DNA of 64,000 nt, taken from the IMG/VR virus record IMGVR_UViG_3300020180_000002. One strand, written 5' to 3'. The DNA comes from an uncultured virus (IMG/VR IMGVR_UViG_3300020180_000002). Its lineage: Duplodnaviria > Heunggongvirae > Uroviricota > Caudoviricetes. This document shows, one piece after another, positions 39,889 through 48,884 of this stretch. Position 1 is the first letter of the stretch, and each line of letters opens with the position of its first letter. Under the pieces are notes generated by a model, which was not told where the DNA came from, did not search any database, and saw only the letters and a program-made list of their open reading frames with translations. The translations under genes and the position numbers were made by a program.

Positions 39889-41865
39889 TTATTCATATAC
39901 AACTTTACCTGCAAATTGTTTCTGATAAATTTCAACCCTTTGGGTTAAATGCTTAGTCATATATTTAGTATACTTGAAATTGAAATCATATACAATAGCT
40001 ACCTTTTTACCAGGTGATAGTCGTACTGCTCGTCCTATTGCTTGTGTCACCATGATTTCACTTTTGCCGCCTCTAGCCATAATGAGATGTGTGGTCGTCC
40101 TTAGGTCACACCCTTCGCCAAACACAGTTGATCCGATTAGTATACGAGTTTTGTTATCATTAAAATCTTCAATAGCTTCCCTGATCTCATCCTTAGTATT
40201 ATCACCTGTTACATAAGAACAGGTGATACCTGACTCAATTAAGTATTTATAAATAACATCACCTGAATGTTCTTTTTTGTCAATAAGAATAAGAATAGGC
40301 TCGTCTTTGGGTATTTTATTTTTAACTAAATCCTTAATAGATTCAAGTAGTTCTTTACATTTATAGTTAATTTTATATTCATTTTGATAATTACGATCAG
40401 GTTTACCCGATAGGGGTATAATCCTAAACTCCACAGGCGTTAGGTATCCTTCTTTAGTGGCCTGTATTGCATTGTAATCATATATCACTTCACCCGACAT
40501 ACCTTGAAGGTCCATAAGTTTAGAGTCATTGCGAGTATATGTAGCAGTCATGTTTAAACGAAAGTAAATAGGCTGTAGTGCATTTAAAAGATCAAGATAG
40601 GAGTCAGACGCACTATTTGATACTAAAAGACCATTGGCAAAATAATTATGATTATCTTTAACCTCGATATCATATACAGTCGGATATAATCGTCTAGTTG
40701 CCACGCCATTGCAATATAAATTTTTTATTCGTTTTATTGATTTTATTTTACTCATTTTTGATGTATTATCAAACAATTTATTACAAATAGGGCAACCCGC
40801 TTCAGTTTGAATTATAAAATCATCTTCTAATGTTAAATCTTTAGCCTCGGTATACCCTCGGTTAGAAGTAAATATTTTATGATTTTCAGTACATAAAATC
40901 GTTTTAGTATGATTATTATGTTCAAATTCTATTTGTATTAATTCAGTTTTAGGTGCATCATATTTAAAATAATTTATTACTTCTTTATATTCTAATGCGC
41001 CGCTAGGTGATTTACTTAAAACTTTACATTGTATTTTTTTATCTACAATTTGTTTTATAGATATTAAGCCTTTATCTGTAATTATTTTTTCTCCGCCGCT
41101 TAAACAATGATGAGCTTCGTCCATTATGAATAAATCTACGTTGTTTAATGGGGTCTTTATAAGCCCTTGCTTATTAAGGGAAGCTAGTGTTTGTATAGTG
41201 GCAACTCTAATAGGTTTAAGCTTCTTATCTTTCTTCATATCCAGTGTAGTTATCTTTTGAACATTCTTTTCGCCAAATGAAGATACAAAGATATCATATG
41301 CTTGAGTTAATAGTGCACTAGATGGAACCACAAATAAAGTGTTTACACCTAGCTGTTTAATAATTTCTACAGCTATTCTAGTTTTACCGGCACCGCAAGC
41401 TAGCTGTAATACCCCCCTACAATGCTTTATAAACACATCAACCGCCTCCTGTTGATAGTATCTTAATGCATGGGGTTTGTTATGCCATCTAAATATATTA
41501 TATGGCGCAGGTTTAATCCGTTCGTCTGATATGGTATATTGTGAACCTTGCAAAGATTCTTTAACTAAATGAATCAGCCCTGTGGGGAATTCATTATCTT
41601 TATTTAACCAGCACACTTGATCTGGACCTAAGGCTTTAAATTTACCTCTAAGCGCCATGAGGAGGGGTATATTTCGTTTAGCACCTGCTCTTTTAATTTG
41701 ACTATAAAGCATTTGCTTTTCAAGAATAACGTCTTCATTAGTATAAGTTAATGATTTTTTTACCTTTTCAATATCAATGGAGGTAAAACCGTTAAGCGTA
41801 CAAAATGAATTGTTAAGTTTAATTGTACTCATATATTCATTTACATTGGAATTAGATACATCCAT
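39889..41865 (-). CDS. SF2 DEAH helicase (UvsW/XPB-like) containing an intein
   Basis: LRYYQ Q-motif, ACGAGKT, DEAHH, MTAT, GEGCD and QAIGRAVR. Confidence 0.9.
   Translation of the reverse strand: MDVSNSNVNEYMSTIKLNNSFCTLNGFTSIDIEKVKKSLTYTNEDVILEKQMLYSQIKRAGAKRNIPLLMALRGKFKALGPDQVCWLNKDNEFPTGLIHLVKESLQGSQYTISDERIKPAPYNIFRWHNKPHALRYYQQEAVDVFIKHCRGVLQLACGAGKTRIAVEIIKQLGVNTLFVVPSSALLTQAYDIFVSSFGEKNVQKITTLDMKKDKKLKPIRVATIQTLASLNKQGLIKTPLNNVDLFIMDEAHHCLSGGEKIITDKGLISIKQIVDKKIQCKVLSKSPSGALEYKEVINYFKYDAPKTELIQIEFEHNNHTKTILCTENHKIFTSNRGYTEAKDLTLEDDFIIQTEAGCPICNKLFDNTSKMSKIKSIKRIKNLYCNGVATRRLYPTVYDIEVKDNHNYFANGLLVSNSASDSYLDLLNALQPIYFRLNMTATYTRNDSKLMDLQGMSGEVIYDYNAIQATKEGYLTPVEFRIIPLSGKPDRNYQNEYKINYKCKELLESIKDLVKNKIPKDEPILILIDKKEHSGDVIYKYLIESGITCSYVTGDNTKDEIREAIEDFNDNKTRILIGSTVFGEGCDLRTTTHLIMARGGKSEIMVTQAIGRAVRLSPGKKVAIVYDFNFKYTKYMTKHLTQRVEIYQKQFAGKVVYE
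40615..41106 (-). mobile_element. Mini-intein (164 aa) in the helicase
   Basis: Begins CLSGGEKI directly after DEAHH; block B CTENHKIF; block F/G VYDIEVKDNHNYFANGLLVSN followed by Ser; no endonuclease domain. Confidence 0.9.
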
Positions 41866-42098
41866 GCATGTGGATTTCTATGGTCAGCTGTTAATAGTTT
41901 AATTATTTCATATTTAAAATAAGTTGATGTTTTATATAAATAGCCAAATTGTTTACATAAATGTTTCATACACTATAGAGCCATAAATAATTCAACTCAT
42001 TAATTTTGCTAAATGGATATTCTCTTTCTAATACAACGGTTTTAAGTTTAAAAGAATATACACTTACAAAATAATAAAAATTAAGTTGTTTAACTAGA

Positions 42099-43262
42099 TT
42101 ATTCATTACTCGATTTAATTCTTACTAAACTACCGTAAGGTGGTTTAACTGAATCATTATTTATTACCCATAAACATTTATAAGTAACTTCTTTAGCATC
42201 AGGAAATTCAGCATATCCATCCGTCAAGTAAATTACCCCTTTAAATCGTTCTTCAATGGCTATATCATGGACCGCAATAAAACTTGTACCGCCTTGACAT
42301 AAACGTGAAGCTTCAAATCCTTTTACATATTTAGCACGTTGGTGTACATTAGTGTCAAATACTGCAATTTCAATATCAATATTTCCAGTTGAGTTAATAG
42401 CTTCAATTTCTGAATAGAAGGCCCTAAGGTCATCATCACTAACGCTGCCGCTGCTATCAATTCCGATTAGAATCTCAGTCTTAGGAATCTTTTTAATACC
42501 AGGTATTTTACTGCCAAATCGTCTACTAGGACGTTTCCATGTATTTAAAGTATTGACATCAATTAAACTTTGTGTAAATTGACGTAGCACTTGCTGCCAT
42601 GGTATTTGTTTACTAGCTTCATATTGAAACATAAAGTCTTTAACGTCTTTAGGTAGCTCTCCAGCTGAAAGTGTCTTAGCTTTTTTAGTCGCATTAGCCA
42701 CTGCTTCTTTCATTAGATCTTTATTATTAGTAGAATCTTTAAAATACTCATGATCTTGATGGCTGCTATTTTGTACTTTAGCTTTAGATTTTAATTGAGC
42801 ATAATAATTAATCCAGCTATCGCCAGTTGTAAAATCAAAGTGTTTAGGATAAACAGGCTGCATTTCAGCTTTTTTTACATCAGGCCCCATCAGTTTACTT
42901 TTTACAAGTTCTTCGATGTAAGGGTTAATCTCTAGATCCATAGCGATATTAGCCATTTGCATTTGAGTTTCAATACCCATTTTTGCACTAATAGAATCTA
43001 ATAAACCTTCTTTAGTTTGTTTAATATGATCTTTATAGATATGACCAAATTCATGAAGGATAATACCGGCCTGCTCTTCCATTGGTAACTTTGAAAATAG
43101 AGTGGGGTTGATGACCATCTCGATTCTGTTTTGCACTTTAACAGCCGCAATATAAGGCTGTTTATCATCTAATGTAATCTTACATAATTGTAAAAGAGAA
43201 TAAAAAAAACTGTAATTCTTTAAAAGATAAAGCTTAACTGGCCTTAAATCTAATTCATCCAT
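42099..43262 (-). CDS. Metallopeptidase-like plus vWA domain protein (DUF2201-type)
   Basis: HEFGH motif; MIDAS DSSGS, GGT and YLTDG motifs. Confidence 0.85.
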   Translation of the reverse strand: MDELDLRPVKLYLLKNYSFFYSLLQLCKITLDDKQPYIAAVKVQNRIEMVINPTLFSKLPMEEQAGIILHEFGHIYKDHIKQTKEGLLDSISAKMGIETQMQMANIAMDLEINPYIEELVKSKLMGPDVKKAEMQPVYPKHFDFTTGDSWINYYAQLKSKAKVQNSSHQDHEYFKDSTNNKDLMKEAVANATKKAKTLSAGELPKDVKDFMFQYEASKQIPWQQVLRQFTQSLIDVNTLNTWKRPSRRFGSKIPGIKKIPKTEILIGIDSSGSVSDDDLRAFYSEIEAINSTGNIDIEIAVFDTNVHQRAKYVKGFEASRLCQGGTSFIAVHDIAIEERFKGVIYLTDGYAEFPDAKEVTYKCLWVINNDSVKPPYGSLVRIKSSNE

Positions 43263-43456
43263 AAACTGCTCTCTTTCTCAATTAACAATATGATATAAGT
43301 GTCTTTAACCCCAGTGCGCTCGACCGAAAACTCTTCGGCCACGTGGAATACATTATTTTGGAGTTGATAAATCCGCCAAGAGACAAATCCGGTAGCTAGC
43401 GCCGCCAATCCTGCTGCGGCGCTGGAAATGACAGACATAAGTTCGTATGAAGTCAT
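43250..43456 (-). pseudogene. Truncated foreign membrane-protein gene fused to the repeat sequence
   Basis: First 52 codons are in the GC-richer block (TM helix, ATGA overlap with hsdS). The last 16 residues come from the 36-bp repeat and the adjoining phage sequence. Confidence 0.6.
43265..43300. repeat. 36-bp direct repeat, copy 1 (ACTGCTCTCTTTCTCAATTAACAATATGATATAAGT)
   Basis: Identical to 46129-46164; flanking bases differ on both sides. Confidence 0.95.
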
Positions 43457-44622
43457 GCTTTAACCCTCACTTTTCCAGTGAGTAGCTGCTGCATTAGACC
43501 TTGCTTCTGTTTCCACAAATTTGCACGGATCTCACCATAGCGCGCACCAGCGAGAGTTATAGAATTGAGCAGATTTGTAATATTGTCTTGAACAGAACGA
43601 GTCGGAACATCCAGAGTGATTGACTCCAGCTCAGACTTGTTGAGCTTTGCTCGCGTCCCGCCATTCAAAACCGGAGTAATATCCCTATGCACCAGGCTAT
43701 AAAACAAGAAATCCTGACTCACTAAATTACTGCGTGCGCGGAGAACGTGTGCATGATTGTTTACCCAAGACTTTCCACGAATTTGGTAAGCGATGGGTCT
43801 TGTTCGATATTCAGAAAAATTACCCCCGTCCTCAGCTAGGAGGACTAATGGCTCATCAAAAATGAACTCATTAATACTATCTACCTGGCCATTTGCTCCA
43901 TAGTACGGATAGGAGCCCTGCATTACGGCACGCTGTTCTTGGTTTAGGGGCTTTCGTTTATTGTCTAAAATGTCACATGATTCTGAAATGCTAAGTTTTC
44001 GGGCCGAAGGAATGTTTTTAGAATAAATGAGCCTTCGTAGAAGTTCCGATTTTAATCTGAAGATTGATCGTAAAACTGAGTCCACCTCCTCAATCCCCCG
44101 ATCCCAGCAGGAGAGGATTTCGGCGATTTTCTTTTGTTCGGGGAGAGGAGGGAGCGAAATCGCAAACAATCTCTGCGCCGTAATCGGAACCTGGTTTCGC
44201 GTCGATTGACCCATTACTTTTTCATACTGTTTTCTAAATATGTAGGAAGACATCGATTGCATTAAAAAGTCTTCGGACAACTTTTTAGCGTCCGTGCGAA
44301 ACAGAGTAAGAGTAGTACTAAGAATTGCTTCGGGTATACCGATGAGTTTCGCAACAGGACCAACCGTTGCATTATGTGCAAAGAGGACATCTCCCGCTCT
44401 TGCTTTGCCTTTTCGAAGCGAATCGGCCTTCTCTCTGGTAAGGTACTTTGCTTTAGCGAGGTCAACTACACCGCCAATAATACAATTTGCCGAAAGGTAG
44501 GGTATGCCAGCAGAAACGAACTCATCTGAAGTTGGATATAGTTCCCCATGATTTCCATCAATATGATCTACGATCGATCCATCATCTAAAAGAGATTGAA
44601 TTGAACGGGTTGGCCAACTCAC
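43453..44622 (-). CDS. hsdS: Type I restriction-modification specificity subunit
   Basis: Two TRDs separated by LPPLPEQKKIAEIL; C-terminal KQGLMQQLLTGKVRV; GTGA overlap with hsdM. Confidence 0.93.
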   Translation of the reverse strand: MSWPTRSIQSLLDDGSIVDHIDGNHGELYPTSDEFVSAGIPYLSANCIIGGVVDLAKAKYLTREKADSLRKGKARAGDVLFAHNATVGPVAKLIGIPEAILSTTLTLFRTDAKKLSEDFLMQSMSSYIFRKQYEKVMGQSTRNQVPITAQRLFAISLPPLPEQKKIAEILSCWDRGIEEVDSVLRSIFRLKSELLRRLIYSKNIPSARKLSISESCDILDNKRKPLNQEQRAVMQGSYPYYGANGQVDSINEFIFDEPLVLLAEDGGNFSEYRTRPIAYQIRGKSWVNNHAHVLRARSNLVSQDFLFYSLVHRDITPVLNGGTRAKLNKSELESITLDVPTRSVQDNITNLLNSITLAGARYGEIRANLWKQKQGLMQQLLTGKVRVKA

Positions 44623-46127
44623 AACCCCAACTCCTTAAGATACCGATTCATCTCCTTACGAGTTTCAGCAAGCTGTCCTTCGATCTGCTCGATCTCCTTC
44701 TGCACAGCCTTAATGTCGATCTGCTCTTCTTCTTCGGCAGTATCTACGTAGCGCGGGATGTTGAGATTGAACTCGTTCTCACGAATCTGATCGAGACTCG
44801 CGACAAAGGAATACTTTTCTTCAGTCTTTCGCTCTTTGAACACTCGCAACACATGCTGAATGTCTTCAGGGCGAAGCTTGTTTTGATTTTTGCCTTCTTG
44901 GTACTCCCGGCTGGCATCAATAAAAAGCACGTCGTCGGTCTTCTTGCCTTTATTCAAGATCAAAATAGCCGCAGGAATTCCTGTTCCGTAAAAGAGATTG
45001 CTCGGTAGACCAATCACAGCGTCCAGATAGTTTTCTTCAATGAGTCGTTGCCGAATTGTCCCTTCGCTAGAGCCTCGAAACAAAACTCCATGAGGTACAA
45101 CGACGCCGACCTTTCCGTTCTTTGCGCTCGCCGTTTCGATCATGTGCGAAATGAATGCAAAGTCGCCTTTGCTCTTAGGCGGAATACCGCGATGAAAGCG
45201 GCTAAACGGATCGCCTGCAGCATGTTCTGCGCCCCACTTATCAAGCGAGAATGGTGGATTTGCGACGACGATCTCAAAGTTCATAAGCTTGTCTTTTTCG
45301 ATAAGCTTTGGATTATTGAGAGTATCGCCCCACTCGATGCGGGCGTTGTCCATGCCGTGCAGAAACATATTCATGCGAGAAAGCGCCCAGGTGGCGCCGT
45401 TGTTCTCTTGGCCGTAGAGCGAAAAATCATCGCTCCCGATCTCTTGAGCTACGCGAATCAGAAGCGAACCCGACCCACAAGCAGGGTCGCAGATGCGGTT
45501 ACCCTTTTTCGCCTGAAGGAGTTTAGCGAGTAAGATCGCTACTTCGGTAGGCGTATAAAATTCCCCGCCTTTTTTACCGGCGTCGGGCGCGAATCGAGAA
45601 ATAAGATACTCGTACGCGTTACCGATGATGTCTTGTTTGCCGACCTTCGAAGGTCTGAGATCCAGAACAGGATTAGCAAAATCACCAATCAGAAGCTCAA
45701 GCCTGCGGTTACGTTCTTTTGTCTGGCCTAGGTTAGACTCGCTATTGAAGTCGATGTTTCTAAACACACCTTCGAGTTTGGCTTTGTTAGCCTCTTCGAT
45801 TTGCTCAAGAATATTGTTAATGAACTCGCCAATTTTTACGGATTTTCGGTGCTCGTAGATGTCATCAAACGTGCATCCATCTGGAACGATAAAGCGCTCT
45901 CGGGCCAACATGCGTTTGGCGCGCGTTTCGTCGCCTTTGTGTTCTTTCAGGTAAGCGTCTTTTTTATCCTTCCAGACATCACTTAGGTATTTGATGAACA
46001 AGAAAACCAAAATGTAGTTTTTGTACTCGGATGGATCGACCGTACCGCGAAAAGTGTCGCAGGCTTTCCAGAGGATTTTATTGATTTCTTCTTGGTTAAT
46101 TTGAACGACAGGTTCTTTAGTGGTCAT
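44619..46127 (-). CDS. hsdM: Type I restriction-modification N6-adenine methyltransferase subunit
   Basis: LWKACDTFRG, GEFYTP, DPACGSGSLL (motif I), ANPPF (motif IV), PHGVLFRG and NLNIPRYV; ATG at 46127, one base after the repeat. Confidence 0.96.
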   Translation of the reverse strand: MTTKEPVVQINQEEINKILWKACDTFRGTVDPSEYKNYILVFLFIKYLSDVWKDKKDAYLKEHKGDETRAKRMLARERFIVPDGCTFDDIYEHRKSVKIGEFINNILEQIEEANKAKLEGVFRNIDFNSESNLGQTKERNRRLELLIGDFANPVLDLRPSKVGKQDIIGNAYEYLISRFAPDAGKKGGEFYTPTEVAILLAKLLQAKKGNRICDPACGSGSLLIRVAQEIGSDDFSLYGQENNGATWALSRMNMFLHGMDNARIEWGDTLNNPKLIEKDKLMNFEIVVANPPFSLDKWGAEHAAGDPFSRFHRGIPPKSKGDFAFISHMIETASAKNGKVGVVVPHGVLFRGSSEGTIRQRLIEENYLDAVIGLPSNLFYGTGIPAAILILNKGKKTDDVLFIDASREYQEGKNQNKLRPEDIQHVLRVFKERKTEEKYSFVASLDQIRENEFNLNIPRYVDTAEEEEQIDIKAVQKEIEQIEGQLAETRKEMNRYLKELGL

Positions 46128-46128
46128 G

Positions 46129-46164
46129 ACTGCTCTCTTTCTCAATTAACAATATGATATAAGT
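46129..46164. repeat. 36-bp direct repeat, copy 2 (contains GAGAAAGAGAG RBS on the - strand)
   Basis: Identical to 43265-43300. Confidence 0.95.
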
Positions 46165-46221
46165 TATAATGTTTGCCTAATTGTAAAGTTAACTGGTTCA
46201 TTTATATATTATCTCTTTATT

Positions 46222-46250
46222 AGAGTATAACAGTTACTTCTCACTGTCAA
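46222..46250 (-). promoter_or_regulatory. Sigma70-type promoter TTGACA-17-TACTCT (or TTGACA-15-TATACT) upstream of hsdM and vWA
   Basis: Perfect -35 hexamer in the intergenic gap after the AAA gene. Confidence 0.55.
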
Positions 46251-46283
46251 GCCACCCAACTTGAGGCATGTGTCGCCTATAAA

Positions 46284-47630
46284 TTAAGCTTGCTCTTTCT
46301 TTTTGTTCTTATTAACTTCTTTAGTAGCTGCCATAAACTTATCATAAAGGCCTTTATGTCCTTTTACTTTGATAAGATCATCTCGATACATAAAAAAGAT
46401 AATTGAATTAAAAGAGTTAAATCGTTTAATTTGATTTTTATGATGTTCTTCAGTTGTTAAACTGCCGTCATTTGCTAAGAATGGGGGCGTAGTAATTAAT
46501 GCATGGCTGATTTGAAACAACGCAGGTGTTTCCATGTTATTTAAAAACGCAACTAAATTAGTAAGTTTATCTGCAATACCGCAGAAGCCCGACTTTACAA
46601 ACCCATTTAGTTCTTCAATACATTCTTTAACAAGTTTTTTATCAACATCTCTATCAAATTCAAGAATACTTACATTATAATCAAAACTATATGCAACTTG
46701 TTCATGTAGTTGTCTAACACCTGATATGATATTCTCATGTGTTCCTGCAATTAAATCATTTTGTAATAGCTTTTCCATTTTGTTATACTTTTTAATAGCA
46801 TCTTTTGAATTTGTTACAATCTCATCAAAGGTGATAGGCTTTTCAATGGTTTCTAGGTATCCTAAAAATGCACCGGCAGCTTCAATACCTACAGAACAAG
46901 TGATGATATCTCTAACTAAATCAATATCAGATACATTACCTTCTTCTTCGATTACATTAAGAATATTAGATACGGCATTAGTAAGAAGTCTAGGACAAGG
47001 TTCCATCTTGATAAGGGTATCAAGTTTCTTTTCTGCACCAGTAATTTCAGGTCTATGTTTAAGAAATCCTAGTAATGTCTTATTGAATTTAGAATTACCT
47101 TCTGCCCAGTTAATAAATTCTTTATTCTCTGGTTCAAATGGCACCACGATAAAACGTTTAACTAGTGCCGATGTCATTGTATTGGCGGTGGTATATTCTG
47201 CGCTGGCGGGGTTAATAGCGCCACAGATATAGCTATCTGGGTGAAGACGATGAGTATGAATACGACCTTCAAGTACAAGCTGTAGCATACCTGATTCAAC
47301 ATCAACACGTGCATTGTTAAGTTCATCAAGAAAGATAACACAAGGCTCATGAGGCATCCATTCAGGTCTAGCCCATGATGTAACTTTACTTACCTTTTTA
47401 TTACCTTCTTCATCTAACAATGTAAGTGTATTTACTTCAGGGATGCCAATAAAATCGCCCATTTCTTGTTGAGCGGCAAAGATAGAAACAAATTTATGAT
47501 TAGGAAATACTTCCTTAGCAATCTGTTCAGTAATTTGAGTTTTACCAATTCCTGAGTGTCCAACTAGCAAAAACGGCTGCTTTGCTTTCATTGCTAATCG
47601 CATGATTCTTTGTGATTGTTTAATATTCAT
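46284..47630 (-). CDS. MoxR-like / dynein-related AAA+ ATPase
   Basis: GHSGIGKT, IFLDELNN, AINP, ALVKRF and PCPR motifs; usual partner of vWA/DUF2201 proteins. Confidence 0.85.
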   Translation of the reverse strand: MNIKQSQRIMRLAMKAKQPFLLVGHSGIGKTQITEQIAKEVFPNHKFVSIFAAQQEMGDFIGIPEVNTLTLLDEEGNKKVSKVTSWARPEWMPHEPCVIFLDELNNARVDVESGMLQLVLEGRIHTHRLHPDSYICGAINPASAEYTTANTMTSALVKRFIVVPFEPENKEFINWAEGNSKFNKTLLGFLKHRPEITGAEKKLDTLIKMEPCPRLLTNAVSNILNVIEEEGNVSDIDLVRDIITCSVGIEAAGAFLGYLETIEKPITFDEIVTNSKDAIKKYNKMEKLLQNDLIAGTHENIISGVRQLHEQVAYSFDYNVSILEFDRDVDKKLVKECIEELNGFVKSGFCGIADKLTNLVAFLNNMETPALFQISHALITTPPFLANDGSLTTEEHHKNQIKRFNSFNSIIFFMYRDDLIKVKGHKGLYDKFMAATKEVNKNKKKEQA

Positions 47631-47647
47631 ATCTTACATGCTCCTCT

Positions 47648-48580
47648 TTAATATCCATCTTCATCAATTGTTAAACTTGATAAGTTGAATTTTTTACGCC
47701 ATTTTCTTAAAGATGATTGTCTTTCAGTTTCTTCATCATCTTTATCTTCATCATATCGATATTCTTTTAATCTGTCAATAGCGTCTTGAAAAGAAACATT
47801 TAAACATAAAACACTAATAACAAGATCTTTAAGATGGTCAATAGTCATGCCATCTGTTTCTTTTACCCATAGGTCTACATCTATATTCTCATCTGGAAGG
47901 AGTTTACTAGTAATATAAAGCCTACGAGTTGCTTCATTAGGTAGCGGAATCTCAATAACACTAGCAAACCGACTAGGCCGATTTCTAAACCTAGCTGGAA
48001 TACGATCTAAGTAGTTAGTGGTGGCCAAATAAACAATATTATCAATTTGATTTTGACCATCTAGTAATGAAAGGTAACCAGATTCATCCGAATTAAGAGC
48101 AGAATCAAATTCTTCCCACACTACTAAGCATCTGATATTACCTTCAATTTCTCTAATAGCTTTAAGGGCGTGAGTTAATGTACCGGGGGTTGGGCCAAAG
48201 AATACTATACCCCCTGCTTTCACTTCTGCTTCCATGATTTGCATCACGCAGGATGTTTTTCCGGTACCTGGTTTGCCGTGCATAAGAATACCGCGTTTAT
48301 AAACGATATTACGTCTCTCAAATTTATCCCTGGTAGCTTGATTCCAAAAGTTATTAACATCTTTAATAACAATTTCAGATGTAAAATCAGGTAAAGTAAT
48401 TAATCCATCGGATACCACTTGCATGGGGGCTACATATATTGCGCCACTTTTATCTACTTCCAGTGTGTATACACCAGGTGGTAGTTTGTTATAAGTAACA
48501 GAAGGCTGCCCAAAATAGTAATCTGTTCCAGATTTTTCATAATGAGTGACACCTAGTTTTGTTTCATTAAGTATTTTCAT
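47648..48580 (-). CDS. AAA+ ATPase
   Basis: GKPGTGKT, WEE Walker B variant, LSLLDG, TTNY and RPSRF. Confidence 0.85.
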   Translation of the reverse strand: MKILNETKLGVTHYEKSGTDYYFGQPSVTYNKLPPGVYTLEVDKSGAIYVAPMQVVSDGLITLPDFTSEIVIKDVNNFWNQATRDKFERRNIVYKRGILMHGKPGTGKTSCVMQIMEAEVKAGGIVFFGPTPGTLTHALKAIREIEGNIRCLVVWEEFDSALNSDESGYLSLLDGQNQIDNIVYLATTNYLDRIPARFRNRPSRFASVIEIPLPNEATRRLYITSKLLPDENIDVDLWVKETDGMTIDHLKDLVISVLCLNVSFQDAIDRLKEYRYDEDKDDEETERQSSLRKWRKKFNLSSLTIDEDGY

Positions 48581-48884
48581 TTATATTCCTTCATTTACAT
48601 TGTATCTATAAATCCAGTATGTATAATCCGCCCATTGCCATGTATTCTTATATTGTTTCCATATACCAATGATGTTTTGATTAAAGTAAATTAATTGAAC
48701 TCCATATCTTAAGTGAATTTGTAATAAAAGTTTGTTCATTGCTCTTCATCTTTAATCATTGTATCCCAGTCTGGTTCCCATTGAGCCGCTTCTTCGATAG
48801 CTTTAGTTAGCTCTTCATCAGTTGGCTCTCTGCGTAGTTCTTCACATAACGCTTCAAATATTTCTTCTTCAATATTAAAGTAAT

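Larger units (their letters stand above)
43301..46128 (-). mobile_element. Horizontally acquired GC-richer cassette (hsdM-hsdS-orf') bounded by 36-bp direct repeats
   Basis: Abrupt compositional shift at both repeat copies; interrupts an AAA-vWA gene pair. Confidence 0.85.

Noticed and set aside
44027..45986. Several + strand ORFs (e.g. 44487-45008, 45048-45533) inside the cassette
   Set aside because: Antisense shadows of hsdM/hsdS, expected in GC-richer DNA; no recognisable motifs.
46128..46145. ORF-track start of hsdM at 46145 (MRKRAV...)
   Set aside because: That TTG lies inside the repeat, upstream of the RBS; the ATG at 46127 fits RBS spacing and the compositional boundary.
43265..46164. 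Interpreting the hsd cassette as an IS/transposon or as a prophage-host boundary
   Set aside because: No transposase, integrase or terminal inverted repeats. Phage genes continue co-directionally on both sides, so it is an insert in the phage, not flanking chromosome.
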